Assembly (NCBI GenBank): GCA_038078535.1
Contig: JBBTYS010000024.1
Span: forward strand, 1-36,199
Reading direction: 5' to 3'
Source of the DNA: Patescibacteria group bacterium
GTDB lineage: Bacteria > Patescibacteriota > Minisyncoccia > 2-02-FULL-40-12 > GWA2-44-9
DNA: 36,199 bases
The notes beneath the pieces were generated by a model. It was not told where the DNA came from. It did not search any database and was given only the letters and a program-made list of their open reading frames with translations. The translations under genes were made by a program, and so were the position numbers. This document shows, piece by piece, positions 18,384 to 26,418 of the stretch (positions are counted from its first letter, which is position 1; each line of letters begins with the position of its first letter).

Positions 18384-18998
18384 TTATCTGGCCCCTCTCA
18401 ACTTCGTGCGGGTGCCCTTTAAGTGCAACTCCACAAAGTGATGGTTTACCACAGCTTCCAACACTTTGTCGATAGGAAACTTAATGGAGAACTGCATGGG
18501 CACGTTTTGCTTCAGCAATCGTGGATAGGTAAGCTGATAACCGTTCTGGCCTTCAAACTCATCGGTGTTGGCAGCTTGCTTTAACAACTGCTTGATGGGC
18601 AAGGTGAGGATAGGCGTATCGTTTTGCTTGATGACCAGGTTGGCGTGAAGCAACTGGATAGGACAGGCGGAGATAAGAGACGAGTAGGACACATCAACAG
18701 CAACGGAGTTGTTGGCAACTGCCGAACTTCCATAACCAAACTGAACAGCATCAATGATGAAGTTCACAAACTTTGGCAAGGTGCGCTTGTCGATGTTGGT
18801 AATACCTACGCTCTCGTCAAGCGCAGCCGTTAATAAGTCGATCTCGCCACCTCCCACGATTTTTGTCCGCACATAAAGGGGCTCGTCTTCAAGCACAATT
18901 TTCCTGTCTTTGATAGCACCGCGTGTTTCGCTATCCAATTCTGCAGCCCCGTAATTTTCGAGGTAAGCCAGTTCTCTCGATTTCAATGGTTTTCTCAT
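18384..18998 (-). CDS. Hypothetical protein; candidate abundant structural (coat) protein, by context only
   Basis: 204 aa, beta-rich. It is the only late gene followed by a strong hairpin plus T-run. Confidence 0.45.
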   Translation of the reverse strand: MRKPLKSRELAYLENYGAAELDSETRGAIKDRKIVLEDEPLYVRTKIVGGGEIDLLTAALDESVGITNIDKRTLPKFVNFIIDAVQFGYGSSAVANNSVAVDVSYSSLISACPIQLLHANLVIKQNDTPILTLPIKQLLKQAANTDEFEGQNGYQLTYPRLLKQNVPMQFSIKFPIDKVLEAVVNHHFVELHLKGTRTKLRGAR

Positions 18999-19053
18999 GA
19001 TTGATAATTTTTTTAAGTGGTTTAAATTTTTTTCTTTTTCCCAGAGGGAAGGA

Positions 19054-19524
19054 TTACATGACGCTCTCTAATCCCAAGAGTTTGTTTTCCAAATTCTCGC
19101 CAAGGCCGGTGAGTTCGTCCAATGCGTCATTGGTTTCCATCCCATCTTCGTTGCCTTCACCAAGAAGTTTTTCATTCAAGTTCTCTACATCGCCAAGCCA
19201 TCCCATTGCAGGGGCTGCACCTGTGGCAAGCTGAGGTATGAATTTGTTGATGGTACCTTTGAAGCCGGTGATGGCAGGTACTCCGTTGTCGGCAGCAATA
19301 CTGTTCATTACTGCAATAGTGCCTAACGAGGCCGATACGATAGAGGCAGATTTGAATACCTTACCTCCAACCATGATGCCGATAAGACCGGCACCGAGCA
19401 ATACCCAACCTGAATATTTGGGCATTTTACGGGCAACGTGCAGACTTACGACTGCCACGCCTGTACCAAGCGCTAAGTCAACTGCACCGTCCTGTAAATT
19501 TTTTGTGATCTCTTTTACGTCCAT
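19054..19524 (-). CDS. Membrane protein (Gly/Ala-rich helices)
   Basis: 156 aa. Hydrophobic segments LALGTGVAVVSLHV, GWVLLGAGLIGIMVGG and ASIVSASLGTIAVM. Confidence 0.55.
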   Translation of the reverse strand: MDVKEITKNLQDGAVDLALGTGVAVVSLHVARKMPKYSGWVLLGAGLIGIMVGGKVFKSASIVSASLGTIAVMNSIAADNGVPAITGFKGTINKFIPQLATGAAPAMGWLGDVENLNEKLLGEGNEDGMETNDALDELTGLGENLENKLLGLESVM

Positions 19525-19546
19525 TTTTTTGAAAGTTTAATTGGTT

Positions 19547-22369
19547 TTAAATAGTTATAGCCATCACCTTTTTGGTGCGTTGACTCGATTTGGATTTGGA
19601 TTTTTTACCATTAGCCTTTACTCCGGCTAGGGCAGGAGCAGCCACTTGTGCAGGTGCCGCTTGCGCTATCTGTGCTGGCGCTGCTTTGCTACCGCGAAGC
19701 GCAAAGGCCAACAGACCTACGCCAACAGCCACACTTGCAGCAATGGCGATGTACTTCACCGTGTTGCTCTTTTGCTCGTTTAGCATTTTGGTTTCCACCA
19801 CTTCCGCTTCCTGTATGGGCAGTGTTACAATGCGGCCTTCTTCGTTTTGCACAGGCACAATGCCTGGCTTAGTGAATTGCTCTACCGCTGATGGCGAGGC
19901 ATTGTTTTGAACCAGGGTTTCGGCAACCTGCATTGCTGTGGGCGCCACTTCCTCAATGGCTGCTGATATTTCTTTGGCCAGTATGGGGTTCTCTTGCGCG
20001 ATAGACTTTGAGGCTATCTCGGTGGCAACCGGATTGTTTTTCATGGCCGATACCAACGGTGCCGCTTGTGGGTTGGCCTTTAATAGTGCAGCCGCTATTG
20101 TGGGCGACTTAGCGTTGATTATCTGAGAAGCGATGGATGATAATTTGGGATTACTGGTAAGCACTTTGGCCAGCGTGGCAACAGCGGGGTTTGATTGCGC
20201 CATCGCGTTTGTTACACTTGATGTAAGTTTTGATACCAATGGGTTTGAACCGGCAACTTTTGGTATAAGTGATTGCAGTATGCTTGTTGGAGCAAATGAA
20301 TTTATGATATTAGATATGGGTAATGGTGTTACATTTGGGTCGCCCTCATCGTCAATGTCGTCAGTGCTTTCGGCTGTTACTGATGCGCTTTTTATTTCGG
20401 CATCACTTGCATGAGGTGAACTTGCACGGCCTTTGAACATGGTAGTGAAGTTGATAGGCTTCAACAGCGCGGCAATAGCTGCCAACACGCCCGCTGCGGC
20501 TGTGGTTGAAACAGGATCGCCTAATGAAGCTTTTGTGATCGCTATCTTTTTGCCGGCTTCCACGGCATCGCGCAGTTGCTGTGTGGTGCCTCCTTTACTT
20601 ACCACCAGCTTCTCTACTACTTTTGCACGGTCCAGTAGTTTTTTATATTCTACAGTGTTATAGGTAGATGCTTCGCTCACTGGCTTATAGGCCAGGCTTA
20701 ATTTTGTGGCAAGGCCATTTTGGTTTTTGCGGATGGCCTGAAGCAGCTCTTCTAACTCCGATGCATCCTGCGTGCGTATCAATGCACTGTACTCAATCGG
20801 TTTCAACTGAGCGTCTACCAGTTGCAGCAACGGCAGCGCAGGGCTTATTTGTTTTTTGATAGCCGCGATTTGTTTGCTCTGTGATGTGGTCTTGGCTTTT
20901 ACTGCCTGCGCTTTCTTTGAAGCGTTGCCACGATCACCTAACCCATCGAACCCATTGAACCCACTGATGAGGTTGTGTTTTTTTGTACCATGTGCCCAGC
21001 CTGCTTTAACAGCGGCATCAAATTTTTCAACCTTGCCGCCAATGGCTTTGTGTAATTTGCGGGTCTTCTCCAGTGTGACCTGGTTCTTTCTCCACTCCAC
21101 AATGTCCAATCCTTTTTCCTGCGCCTGGGCTTCCGTCCAATAACCATATCCAAGCTTTTCGGCCATGCGAAAAAGGTTGAGCTTCATGGCCAGCAACAGC
21201 CCGTTGCGTATGGCTATGGTAGCGGGGTTGTAGCGCACTATCACTTTGGCCACTACTTTGGCGGCCTGCACTATGGCTGCACCAGCGGCCTTTACTCCGC
21301 TGCCTACCTTTGAGGCCACTGACTTAATACCTTTGGCTATTTTTTTAAAGAAGCCTTTACCAAGGCCAAAGCCACTAAGTCCGTTTAGCTCTTCGCGCTC
21401 TTCCAGGCAGGCCAGTTCGTTAAGGACTTTTGAACGGGTGTTGCCATCGTCAAACACGGCAATGAGCGAATCGAGCCTTTGGGCGAAAACAGCAGGGTTA
21501 TAAATGCCTGCCGTAAGTGCAGGGTTGATGGCAAGTATTGCACGGGTGTTGACCAGGTGCTGCTTAAGGCCAAGCAAAAAAGCAGTTTGCACCTGCCTGG
21601 GGCTTTCACCATTAAATCCGTTGAGGCCGTTAAATTCGTTTCCAAATATGCCAAGCAATTCTTCTGCTGAAGAAGGGGCTGGGTATGCCAGTAACGAAAA
21701 AGCCTGTGGCGTAATGCCGCCAGTGATCGTTGACTGATCAAGTCCATTGAGATATTGTATTTTCATAACCTTATCAAATTTTTTGAGGGGTTCTACTTCG
21801 TGATCGAACTTATCCACCACGCAATCCATGACGTAGTATTTATTGCGGGCTACTTCTTTGGCGGTAAAATCAGTGATGGGTACACCTTTCTTTGGCACCA
21901 CCACATACACATGCTGCCAGCCTGTGCTTTCGTTATATGCCGCCTTTCTAAGGGCATGGCTAATTTTTTGGTGGTGTAAATAGGAAGAGAGCAACACGCT
22001 CATACAATCGCAGTCGATACCTCTTTTGCGATCCAGCCAACTGCGGCCTGGCCTGCGTATCTGCTCAATGCCGTTGGCATCTTTTGCATATTGAAAGTGA
22101 TTGTAGACGTGGTTCCAATCATTGCGCAGTGTTTCTTCCAGGGTGCGGCCTTGCAGTGTTGGCGCTACCTTTTCGGTATCTTCCAAGGTGTTGAGCACGA
22201 TCTTAGCCATGTGGTTAAGCGTATCGTAGGTGTCGCTTGCCTCGCCTCCTATGATGGGGTTTGTGCCCAATAGAAATTCTTTGTTGTACAGGCTGTCGTA
22301 TTCGGTGCCAGGGCGGATGTTACGCCTGCCCGATGCCACAAGTCCAAGTCCGATCAATGCTCTTCTCAT
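19547..22369 (-). CDS. Large protein with an N-terminal transglutaminase/papain-like Cys-His-Asp core, an Ala-rich helical body and a C-terminal TM helix
   Basis: 940 aa. Candidate triad: GIDCDCMSVLLSSYL (Cys), GWQHVYVVV (His), YYVMDCV (Asp). The centre is long and Ala/Lys-rich. The C-terminus has YIAIAASVAVGVGLLAFAL followed by a basic tail. Confidence 0.6.
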   Translation of the reverse strand: MRRALIGLGLVASGRRNIRPGTEYDSLYNKEFLLGTNPIIGGEASDTYDTLNHMAKIVLNTLEDTEKVAPTLQGRTLEETLRNDWNHVYNHFQYAKDANGIEQIRRPGRSWLDRKRGIDCDCMSVLLSSYLHHQKISHALRKAAYNESTGWQHVYVVVPKKGVPITDFTAKEVARNKYYVMDCVVDKFDHEVEPLKKFDKVMKIQYLNGLDQSTITGGITPQAFSLLAYPAPSSAEELLGIFGNEFNGLNGFNGESPRQVQTAFLLGLKQHLVNTRAILAINPALTAGIYNPAVFAQRLDSLIAVFDDGNTRSKVLNELACLEEREELNGLSGFGLGKGFFKKIAKGIKSVASKVGSGVKAAGAAIVQAAKVVAKVIVRYNPATIAIRNGLLLAMKLNLFRMAEKLGYGYWTEAQAQEKGLDIVEWRKNQVTLEKTRKLHKAIGGKVEKFDAAVKAGWAHGTKKHNLISGFNGFDGLGDRGNASKKAQAVKAKTTSQSKQIAAIKKQISPALPLLQLVDAQLKPIEYSALIRTQDASELEELLQAIRKNQNGLATKLSLAYKPVSEASTYNTVEYKKLLDRAKVVEKLVVSKGGTTQQLRDAVEAGKKIAITKASLGDPVSTTAAAGVLAAIAALLKPINFTTMFKGRASSPHASDAEIKSASVTAESTDDIDDEGDPNVTPLPISNIINSFAPTSILQSLIPKVAGSNPLVSKLTSSVTNAMAQSNPAVATLAKVLTSNPKLSSIASQIINAKSPTIAAALLKANPQAAPLVSAMKNNPVATEIASKSIAQENPILAKEISAAIEEVAPTAMQVAETLVQNNASPSAVEQFTKPGIVPVQNEEGRIVTLPIQEAEVVETKMLNEQKSNTVKYIAIAASVAVGVGLLAFALRGSKAAPAQIAQAAPAQVAAPALAGVKANGKKSKSKSSQRTKKVMAITI

Positions 22370-22947
22370 TTTTTTATGAAAATGTTTTGGTCTCTGACAC
22401 CGATTGACTTAAGCCACATGGGCACGTAAAAACCTGGGCAGTCTTTTTTGGCGAACTGGTTATGCCCAGCGCCTTTTATTTCTGGATGATAAGTGATGAT
22501 TTGATTTACCCATGCTTCCATTGTGGCACGCTGCGCGGGTGTGCGTGTATCTTTCGAGGCGGTGCCATCTTTGGTAAGGCCACCGGCATACACCAGGTGA
22601 CGGCCAATTGAATTGGTGCCAGTTGCACCGTTGCTGATCTCGCGTGGGTCTACATTGTCGTCTTCATCGTAAGGGATAAGATTGACGAGCGATCCATCTA
22701 ACAGGATCATATCAGAATATCCAACTTTGCTCCAACCGCGACCGCTTAGTTTTTTTACATCTACTCCGCCTATCTTTTCATCGGGGAGATCCAGAATACT
22801 TTCGTAGGGGGTTGACTTGTAGATTACGCTGCCATCGGCATTGACAAGCGGCCCCATGTGCCACTGGCGAATTTCATCAGGGGTAACGGGGCGACCTTCC
22901 GGTGTGGCGGTGCAATGGATGATGAATAATTGCAACTTTTGTGACAT
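22366..22947 (-). CDS. N-acetylmuramoyl-L-alanine amidase (Amidase_2 / T7-lysozyme-like)
   Basis: 193 aa from the ATG at 22947 (the track start at 22959 is TTG). Motifs IIHCTATPEG and GWSKVGYSDMILLDGS. ATGA overlap with the 940-aa gene. Confidence 0.75.
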   Translation of the reverse strand: MSQKLQLFIIHCTATPEGRPVTPDEIRQWHMGPLVNADGSVIYKSTPYESILDLPDEKIGGVDVKKLSGRGWSKVGYSDMILLDGSLVNLIPYDEDDNVDPREISNGATGTNSIGRHLVYAGGLTKDGTASKDTRTPAQRATMEAWVNQIITYHPEIKGAGHNQFAKKDCPGFYVPMWLKSIGVRDQNIFIKK

Positions 22948-23102
22948 GATCGCTGCCAAGATGTGCAGCGATGGAATGGGGCAAGTCCGCTTTAGTCCAC
23001 TATTGACCTTTTACTACCAATAGTTGGCAAAAGTTTCCTATTTTTACAGGTAGTATTCGGGGAATCAGTTACGAAGTGTTTTGATAACGTTAACTGATTG
23101 AT

Positions 23103-23288
23103 ATGACCATTTTAAACTACCCCGTTAAAAGAAATGCACTTGCCCAGGTGTATAAGATCAACACAAAATCACTTCGTGAAAGGTTAAGGGAGATTGGGAT
23201 TGATCACGGCCACACGCTTTCACCAAAGGAGATAAAGAGAATAATTTCTAACTATGATTTGCCTGATGGGGTGGAGATAAAATTGTAG
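23103..23288 (+). CDS. Small HTH-like protein on the opposite strand
   Basis: 61 aa, ATG start. LAQVYKINTKSLRERLREIGI looks helix-turn-helix-like. Its 3' end overlaps the convergent DUF1643-like gene by 37 nt. Confidence 0.45.
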   Translation: MTILNYPVKRNALAQVYKINTKSLRERLREIGIDHGHTLSPKEIKRIISNYDLPDGVEIKL

Positions 23289-23758
23289 GCTACTGGTTTA
23301 ACATCACCCTTCACGTACAACGGATGCCGTGGGCTGCCGTCTTTATTGATCACCAAGGCTTTCGCGTGAGGAAACATTCCTTTCAATTCAACATCCCTGC
23401 CTAGTTCTTTCACAACATCAAAAGCACCCCACGCAAATATTATATCCTTACTCATACGGGCAACTTCGTACAACCAATGGTCATTAGTTGCTGTGTTACC
23501 AAAGTCTTTCAGATCATCGGGATTGGTGGATACATACGGGAAGCAATTGGTCATATACACACCTCCATAACCCCAACTTTTGGCGAAGCCGATTACCCTG
23601 GTAATGGTAGGATCAGGTTCCGTCTCGTTTGCTGTGGATGGATTAAGCCCTATGAACATTACTTTAGGTTTGCTATCATCCCAAATTCTCCACAACACAT
23701 AGCGGTACTTTCTGCAAGGGCTAAAGGTTGCTCCGTTATCGTCAAATAAATCTTTCAT
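23252..23758 (-). CDS. DUF1643-family protein
   Basis: 168 aa from the ATG at 23758. The family-typical pattern is RKYRYVLWRIW...MFIGLNPSTANETEPDPTI...PRHPLY. Confidence 0.65.
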   Translation of the reverse strand: MKDLFDDNGATFSPCRKYRYVLWRIWDDSKPKVMFIGLNPSTANETEPDPTITRVIGFAKSWGYGGVYMTNCFPYVSTNPDDLKDFGNTATNDHWLYEVARMSKDIIFAWGAFDVVKELGRDVELKGMFPHAKALVINKDGSPRHPLYVKGDVKPVAYNFISTPSGKS

Positions 23759-24018
23759 CAAACGGGTTCACTTTCATTTTTAAATTCGTAAGTCCATTCA
23801 TCTGTTTCTTCGCTTAGGTATGCTTCTGCTTTTTCCTTCCACTTCACAAGTTCATTCTTAAGTTCGTCTGTTACCGGAACATTAATACCAGCACCAAACA
23901 TGCCTTCCTTGTAGCCGCAGTAAGGGCACCAATACTCGCAGTATGGATGACGGAACGTCCATATCAGCGGCACTTGCCTTTCGTGGCTTCTGCAAATTTT
24001 AATTGATTCGTTGCTCAT
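23758..24018 (-). CDS. Small Cys-rich (zinc-ribbon-like) protein
   Basis: 86 aa with CRSH...CEYWCPYCG. Confidence 0.45.
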   Translation of the reverse strand: MSNESIKICRSHERQVPLIWTFRHPYCEYWCPYCGYKEGMFGAGINVPVTDELKNELVKWKEKAEAYLSEETDEWTYEFKNESEPV

Positions 24019-24679
24019 AATTTATTTTAGGTTGCGCTCTTTCAAGAGCAATGTGTTTTTGAAATCGTTTTTCCTGATTCGCAAAATGTGTTGGGTCTAT
24101 CTCCAAGCCCACAAAGTCAAAACTCATATCCCATGCGGCTATGCGATGGCTACCACTGCCCAGGTGAGTGTCGAGAATGTTATCACCTGGTTTGGCGTAT
24201 TCTTTCAACAGCCACTTGTATAGTAACACTGGCTTTTGTGTGGGGTGTATGCGTGGCTCGTTCAGTTTCTTATTGCCTTGCATGATGTGGCCTTCGCCTA
24301 TGCTCTTTCCGTGCATCATGCCATTCCACATAAAGCGAAACATGCGTGTGCTATCGTGAAAGCTGCAATAAGCTAATTCGCAATCGCTGAAATCGGTGTT
24401 ACCGTTTACTTTATCCCACACAATGCGGCCTGAACCAAACTGGTATTGGTAATAGTTACATCCCCAAATAATCTGGTTTTCAGATACGCGAAATAGCTGA
24501 TCAAAATATTCTTTGTCGGGCACTTGCCATGTGTCTGTTATTGGATACTCATCGCGAGACACACCCGTAACAGAAACTTTGTTGCCGTAAAATGGTCGCT
24601 TCTCATGGCCGGAGTAATACGGAGGATCGACAATGGCAATTTTGTATTGCTTGTCTTTCATGCTGCGCAAGTGATCCAT
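23999..24679 (-). CDS. DNA methyltransferase, beta-class N6A/N4C (N6_N4_Mtase type)
   Basis: 226 aa. The catalytic motif IVDPPY is near the N-terminus. HPTQKPVLLYKWLL and the AdoMet motif ILDTHLGSGS are near the C-terminus. Confidence 0.85.
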   Translation of the reverse strand: MDHLRSMKDKQYKIAIVDPPYYSGHEKRPFYGNKVSVTGVSRDEYPITDTWQVPDKEYFDQLFRVSENQIIWGCNYYQYQFGSGRIVWDKVNGNTDFSDCELAYCSFHDSTRMFRFMWNGMMHGKSIGEGHIMQGNKKLNEPRIHPTQKPVLLYKWLLKEYAKPGDNILDTHLGSGSHRIAAWDMSFDFVGLEIDPTHFANQEKRFQKHIALERAQPKINYEQRIN

Positions 24680-24722
24680 GCAGTTGGCCCAAATGTGCTA
24701 CGGAGAAAGCCATCTTTATTTT

Positions 24723-24953
24723 TTACCATCGCCCAATCGGGCATTTTGTTTCTTTAATCTTAGTTTGCTCTTCCATATTGATTCCATTGCAATGCCCATC
24801 CTTTAAGCCATACTTTCCACCGTCTGGTTTTAAGGTGTGAGGGCACAACAGACAATCGGCAAAACGGAGATCGCTGTCAAAATCTGAATTGACTTTATCG
24901 TCAATATTAAATCGAGATTTTAAAAGCGAGTTGATTCTTATAGGTTCACTCAT
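24723..24953 (-). CDS. Hypothetical small Cys-containing protein
   Basis: 76 aa, with ATGA coupling to the upstream 98-aa ORF. Confidence 0.4.
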   Translation of the reverse strand: MSEPIRINSLLKSRFNIDDKVNSDFDSDLRFADCLLCPHTLKPDGGKYGLKDGHCNGINMEEQTKIKETKCPIGRW

Positions 24954-25246
24954 GTAAACTCGTAGTATTCATTATCACCTTTAATCGTTGTTTCAAACGG
25001 GAACTTGTTCTTAGGCACAAGCTTAATCATGTCCATCATCACCTTTGATCCGGTGAATACAATTCGCTTTTCACCTCCTTTTTCAATTTGAAGTGTTAGT
25101 AATTCAGTTCCTGCTTTCTTATTCGATGGCGTTATCTTATAGTCAAATACGGTGATGGGCAGGTTGAATAGCTTTTGTATCGCTATTTTTTCGCCAACAA
25201 AGGAATTGATATTAGGCTGAATGTTGAAGTCTTTGAAGTTGTTCAT
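24950..25246 (-). CDS. 98-aa protein translationally coupled to the DGR RT (possible non-Avd accessory factor)
   Basis: Its ATG (25244-25246) overlaps the RT stop (25243-25245) as CAATGAAC. The sequence is MNNFKDFNIQPN...RIVFTGSKVMMDMIK...; it looks beta-rich and basic, not a four-helix bundle. Confidence 0.55.
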   Translation of the reverse strand: MNNFKDFNIQPNINSFVGEKIAIQKLFNLPITVFDYKITPSNKKAGTELLTLQIEKGGEKRIVFTGSKVMMDMIKLVPKNKFPFETTIKGDNEYYEFT

Positions 25247-26193
25247 TGCGCTAGTAGTTTTTTGGTCAAGTGCCTGGCATTGCAGTGGCCGAGCCAACCG
25301 AGATAGGAAGCTTTAGACGGATGATTGGGATTCTTACTCAGCTTACGTGCGAAATTCTTTTTAATTGATTTGCGGATCATCACATGCGTATGCCGAAATA
25401 CATAACCGACAAAGTCTATTCCCCTTACATCCACCGGAAAGACCTGGTGAGTTTGTTTCACTTCAAGTTTAAGGTCGTGCAGGTATGCTTTTGCCTCATT
25501 CATCAATGTGTGAAGTCTCGACTTATCTGAATCGAGAATCACAATATCATCGGCATAACGGTAGTAGTATTTAACCCGCTTTTCTTCTTTGATCCAATGG
25601 TCGAAATATGACAAGTAAAAATTCGCCAGGTATTGACTCAGGTAGTTGCCAATTGGCAAACCGGGGGCACTGTCAATGATCTCGTCAAGTAACCATAGCA
25701 GGTCTGGGTCTTTAAATTTCTTTCTGAGCAAGGCGTTAAGTACATCGTGGTCGATGCTTGGGTAGTATTTCTTTATGTCAAACTTGAGGCAATATTGCGT
25801 TCCTGAAATGTCTTTTAAATCGGCATTCAATTTTTGCAGTAGTAAGTGAATACCTCTTTTCTTAATGCAACTGTATGTATCAGCAGTGAATGAACTGACA
25901 AAGATTGGCTCCAGCACATTCATGATTGCATGGTGAGTGATGCGATCAGGAAAGTAGGGCAACCGATAAACTACTCTCTCCTTTGGTTCATAGATGTTGA
26001 AGATGTCGTATTCGGATGTACGATAGGTCTTGCTCACAAGCAGGTCTTGTAGCACGAGAAGATTTCCTTCTTTATTTTGGTTGTGTAGCGTTACACCGTA
26101 TTGAGTAGATTTTCCTTGCTGCGCCTTCCGGTCTGCCTCCTGAAGGTTTGCAAGGCTTGTGATCCGCTCGTAGATGTTACCAATTCTTTTCAT
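25243..26193 (-). CDS. DGR-type reverse transcriptase
   Basis: 316 aa. RT motif 5 is YYRYADDIVIL. The motif-4 variant LPIGNYLSQYLANFYL ((I/L)GxxxSQ) is typical of DGR RTs. The adenine-rich TR lies 122 nt upstream. Confidence 0.9.
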   Translation of the reverse strand: MKRIGNIYERITSLANLQEADRKAQQGKSTQYGVTLHNQNKEGNLLVLQDLLVSKTYRTSEYDIFNIYEPKERVVYRLPYFPDRITHHAIMNVLEPIFVSSFTADTYSCIKKRGIHLLLQKLNADLKDISGTQYCLKFDIKKYYPSIDHDVLNALLRKKFKDPDLLWLLDEIIDSAPGLPIGNYLSQYLANFYLSYFDHWIKEEKRVKYYYRYADDIVILDSDKSRLHTLMNEAKAYLHDLKLEVKQTHQVFPVDVRGIDFVGYVFRHTHVMIRKSIKKNFARKLSKNPNHPSKASYLGWLGHCNARHLTKKLLAQ

Positions 26194-26315
26194 TTTGTTT
26201 TATGCTTTGCTTTTCATAAGTCGCCTTCTCCCGAAACTTCGGGATACCAACGCCTCAGATTTTGATCCGTGTTTTTTTGCCAAGAGGCAAGGTCTGCGAC
26301 AGTTTCTAATACCTC

Positions 26316-26392
26316 AGCATAGGTGAGAGCTGACATTCGAATTCGTATTCCAATTATCGTAGTCGTTATACTGGAACCCGGACGAAGCCACT
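26316..26392 (-). repeat. DGR template repeat (TR), 77 nt
   Basis: Minus strand: AGTGGCTTCGTCCGGGTTCCAGTATAACGACTACGATAATTGGAATACGAATTCGAATGTCAGCTCTCACCTATGCT. It has 20 adenines, and all differences from the three VRs fall on these adenines. It is intergenic between target 1 and the RT. Confidence 0.9.
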
Positions 26393-26418
26393 CAACCATC
26401 GCACAACCTGTTTTTCAT

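Noticed and set aside
23056-23068. A 13-mer, ttcggggaatcag, shared between the late-operon upstream region and the early control region (34244-34256)
   Set aside because: By my rough estimate, several chance 13-mer matches are expected within a 36-kb sequence. The flanks do not match and there is no symmetry.
26214-26399. A 61-aa minus-strand ORF covering the TR-RT interval (MVEWLRPGSSITTTIIGIRIRMS...)
   Set aside because: It is the template repeat and spacer read as protein. Its WLRPGS segment mirrors an out-of-frame reading of the VRs. It has no independent support and does not resemble Avd.
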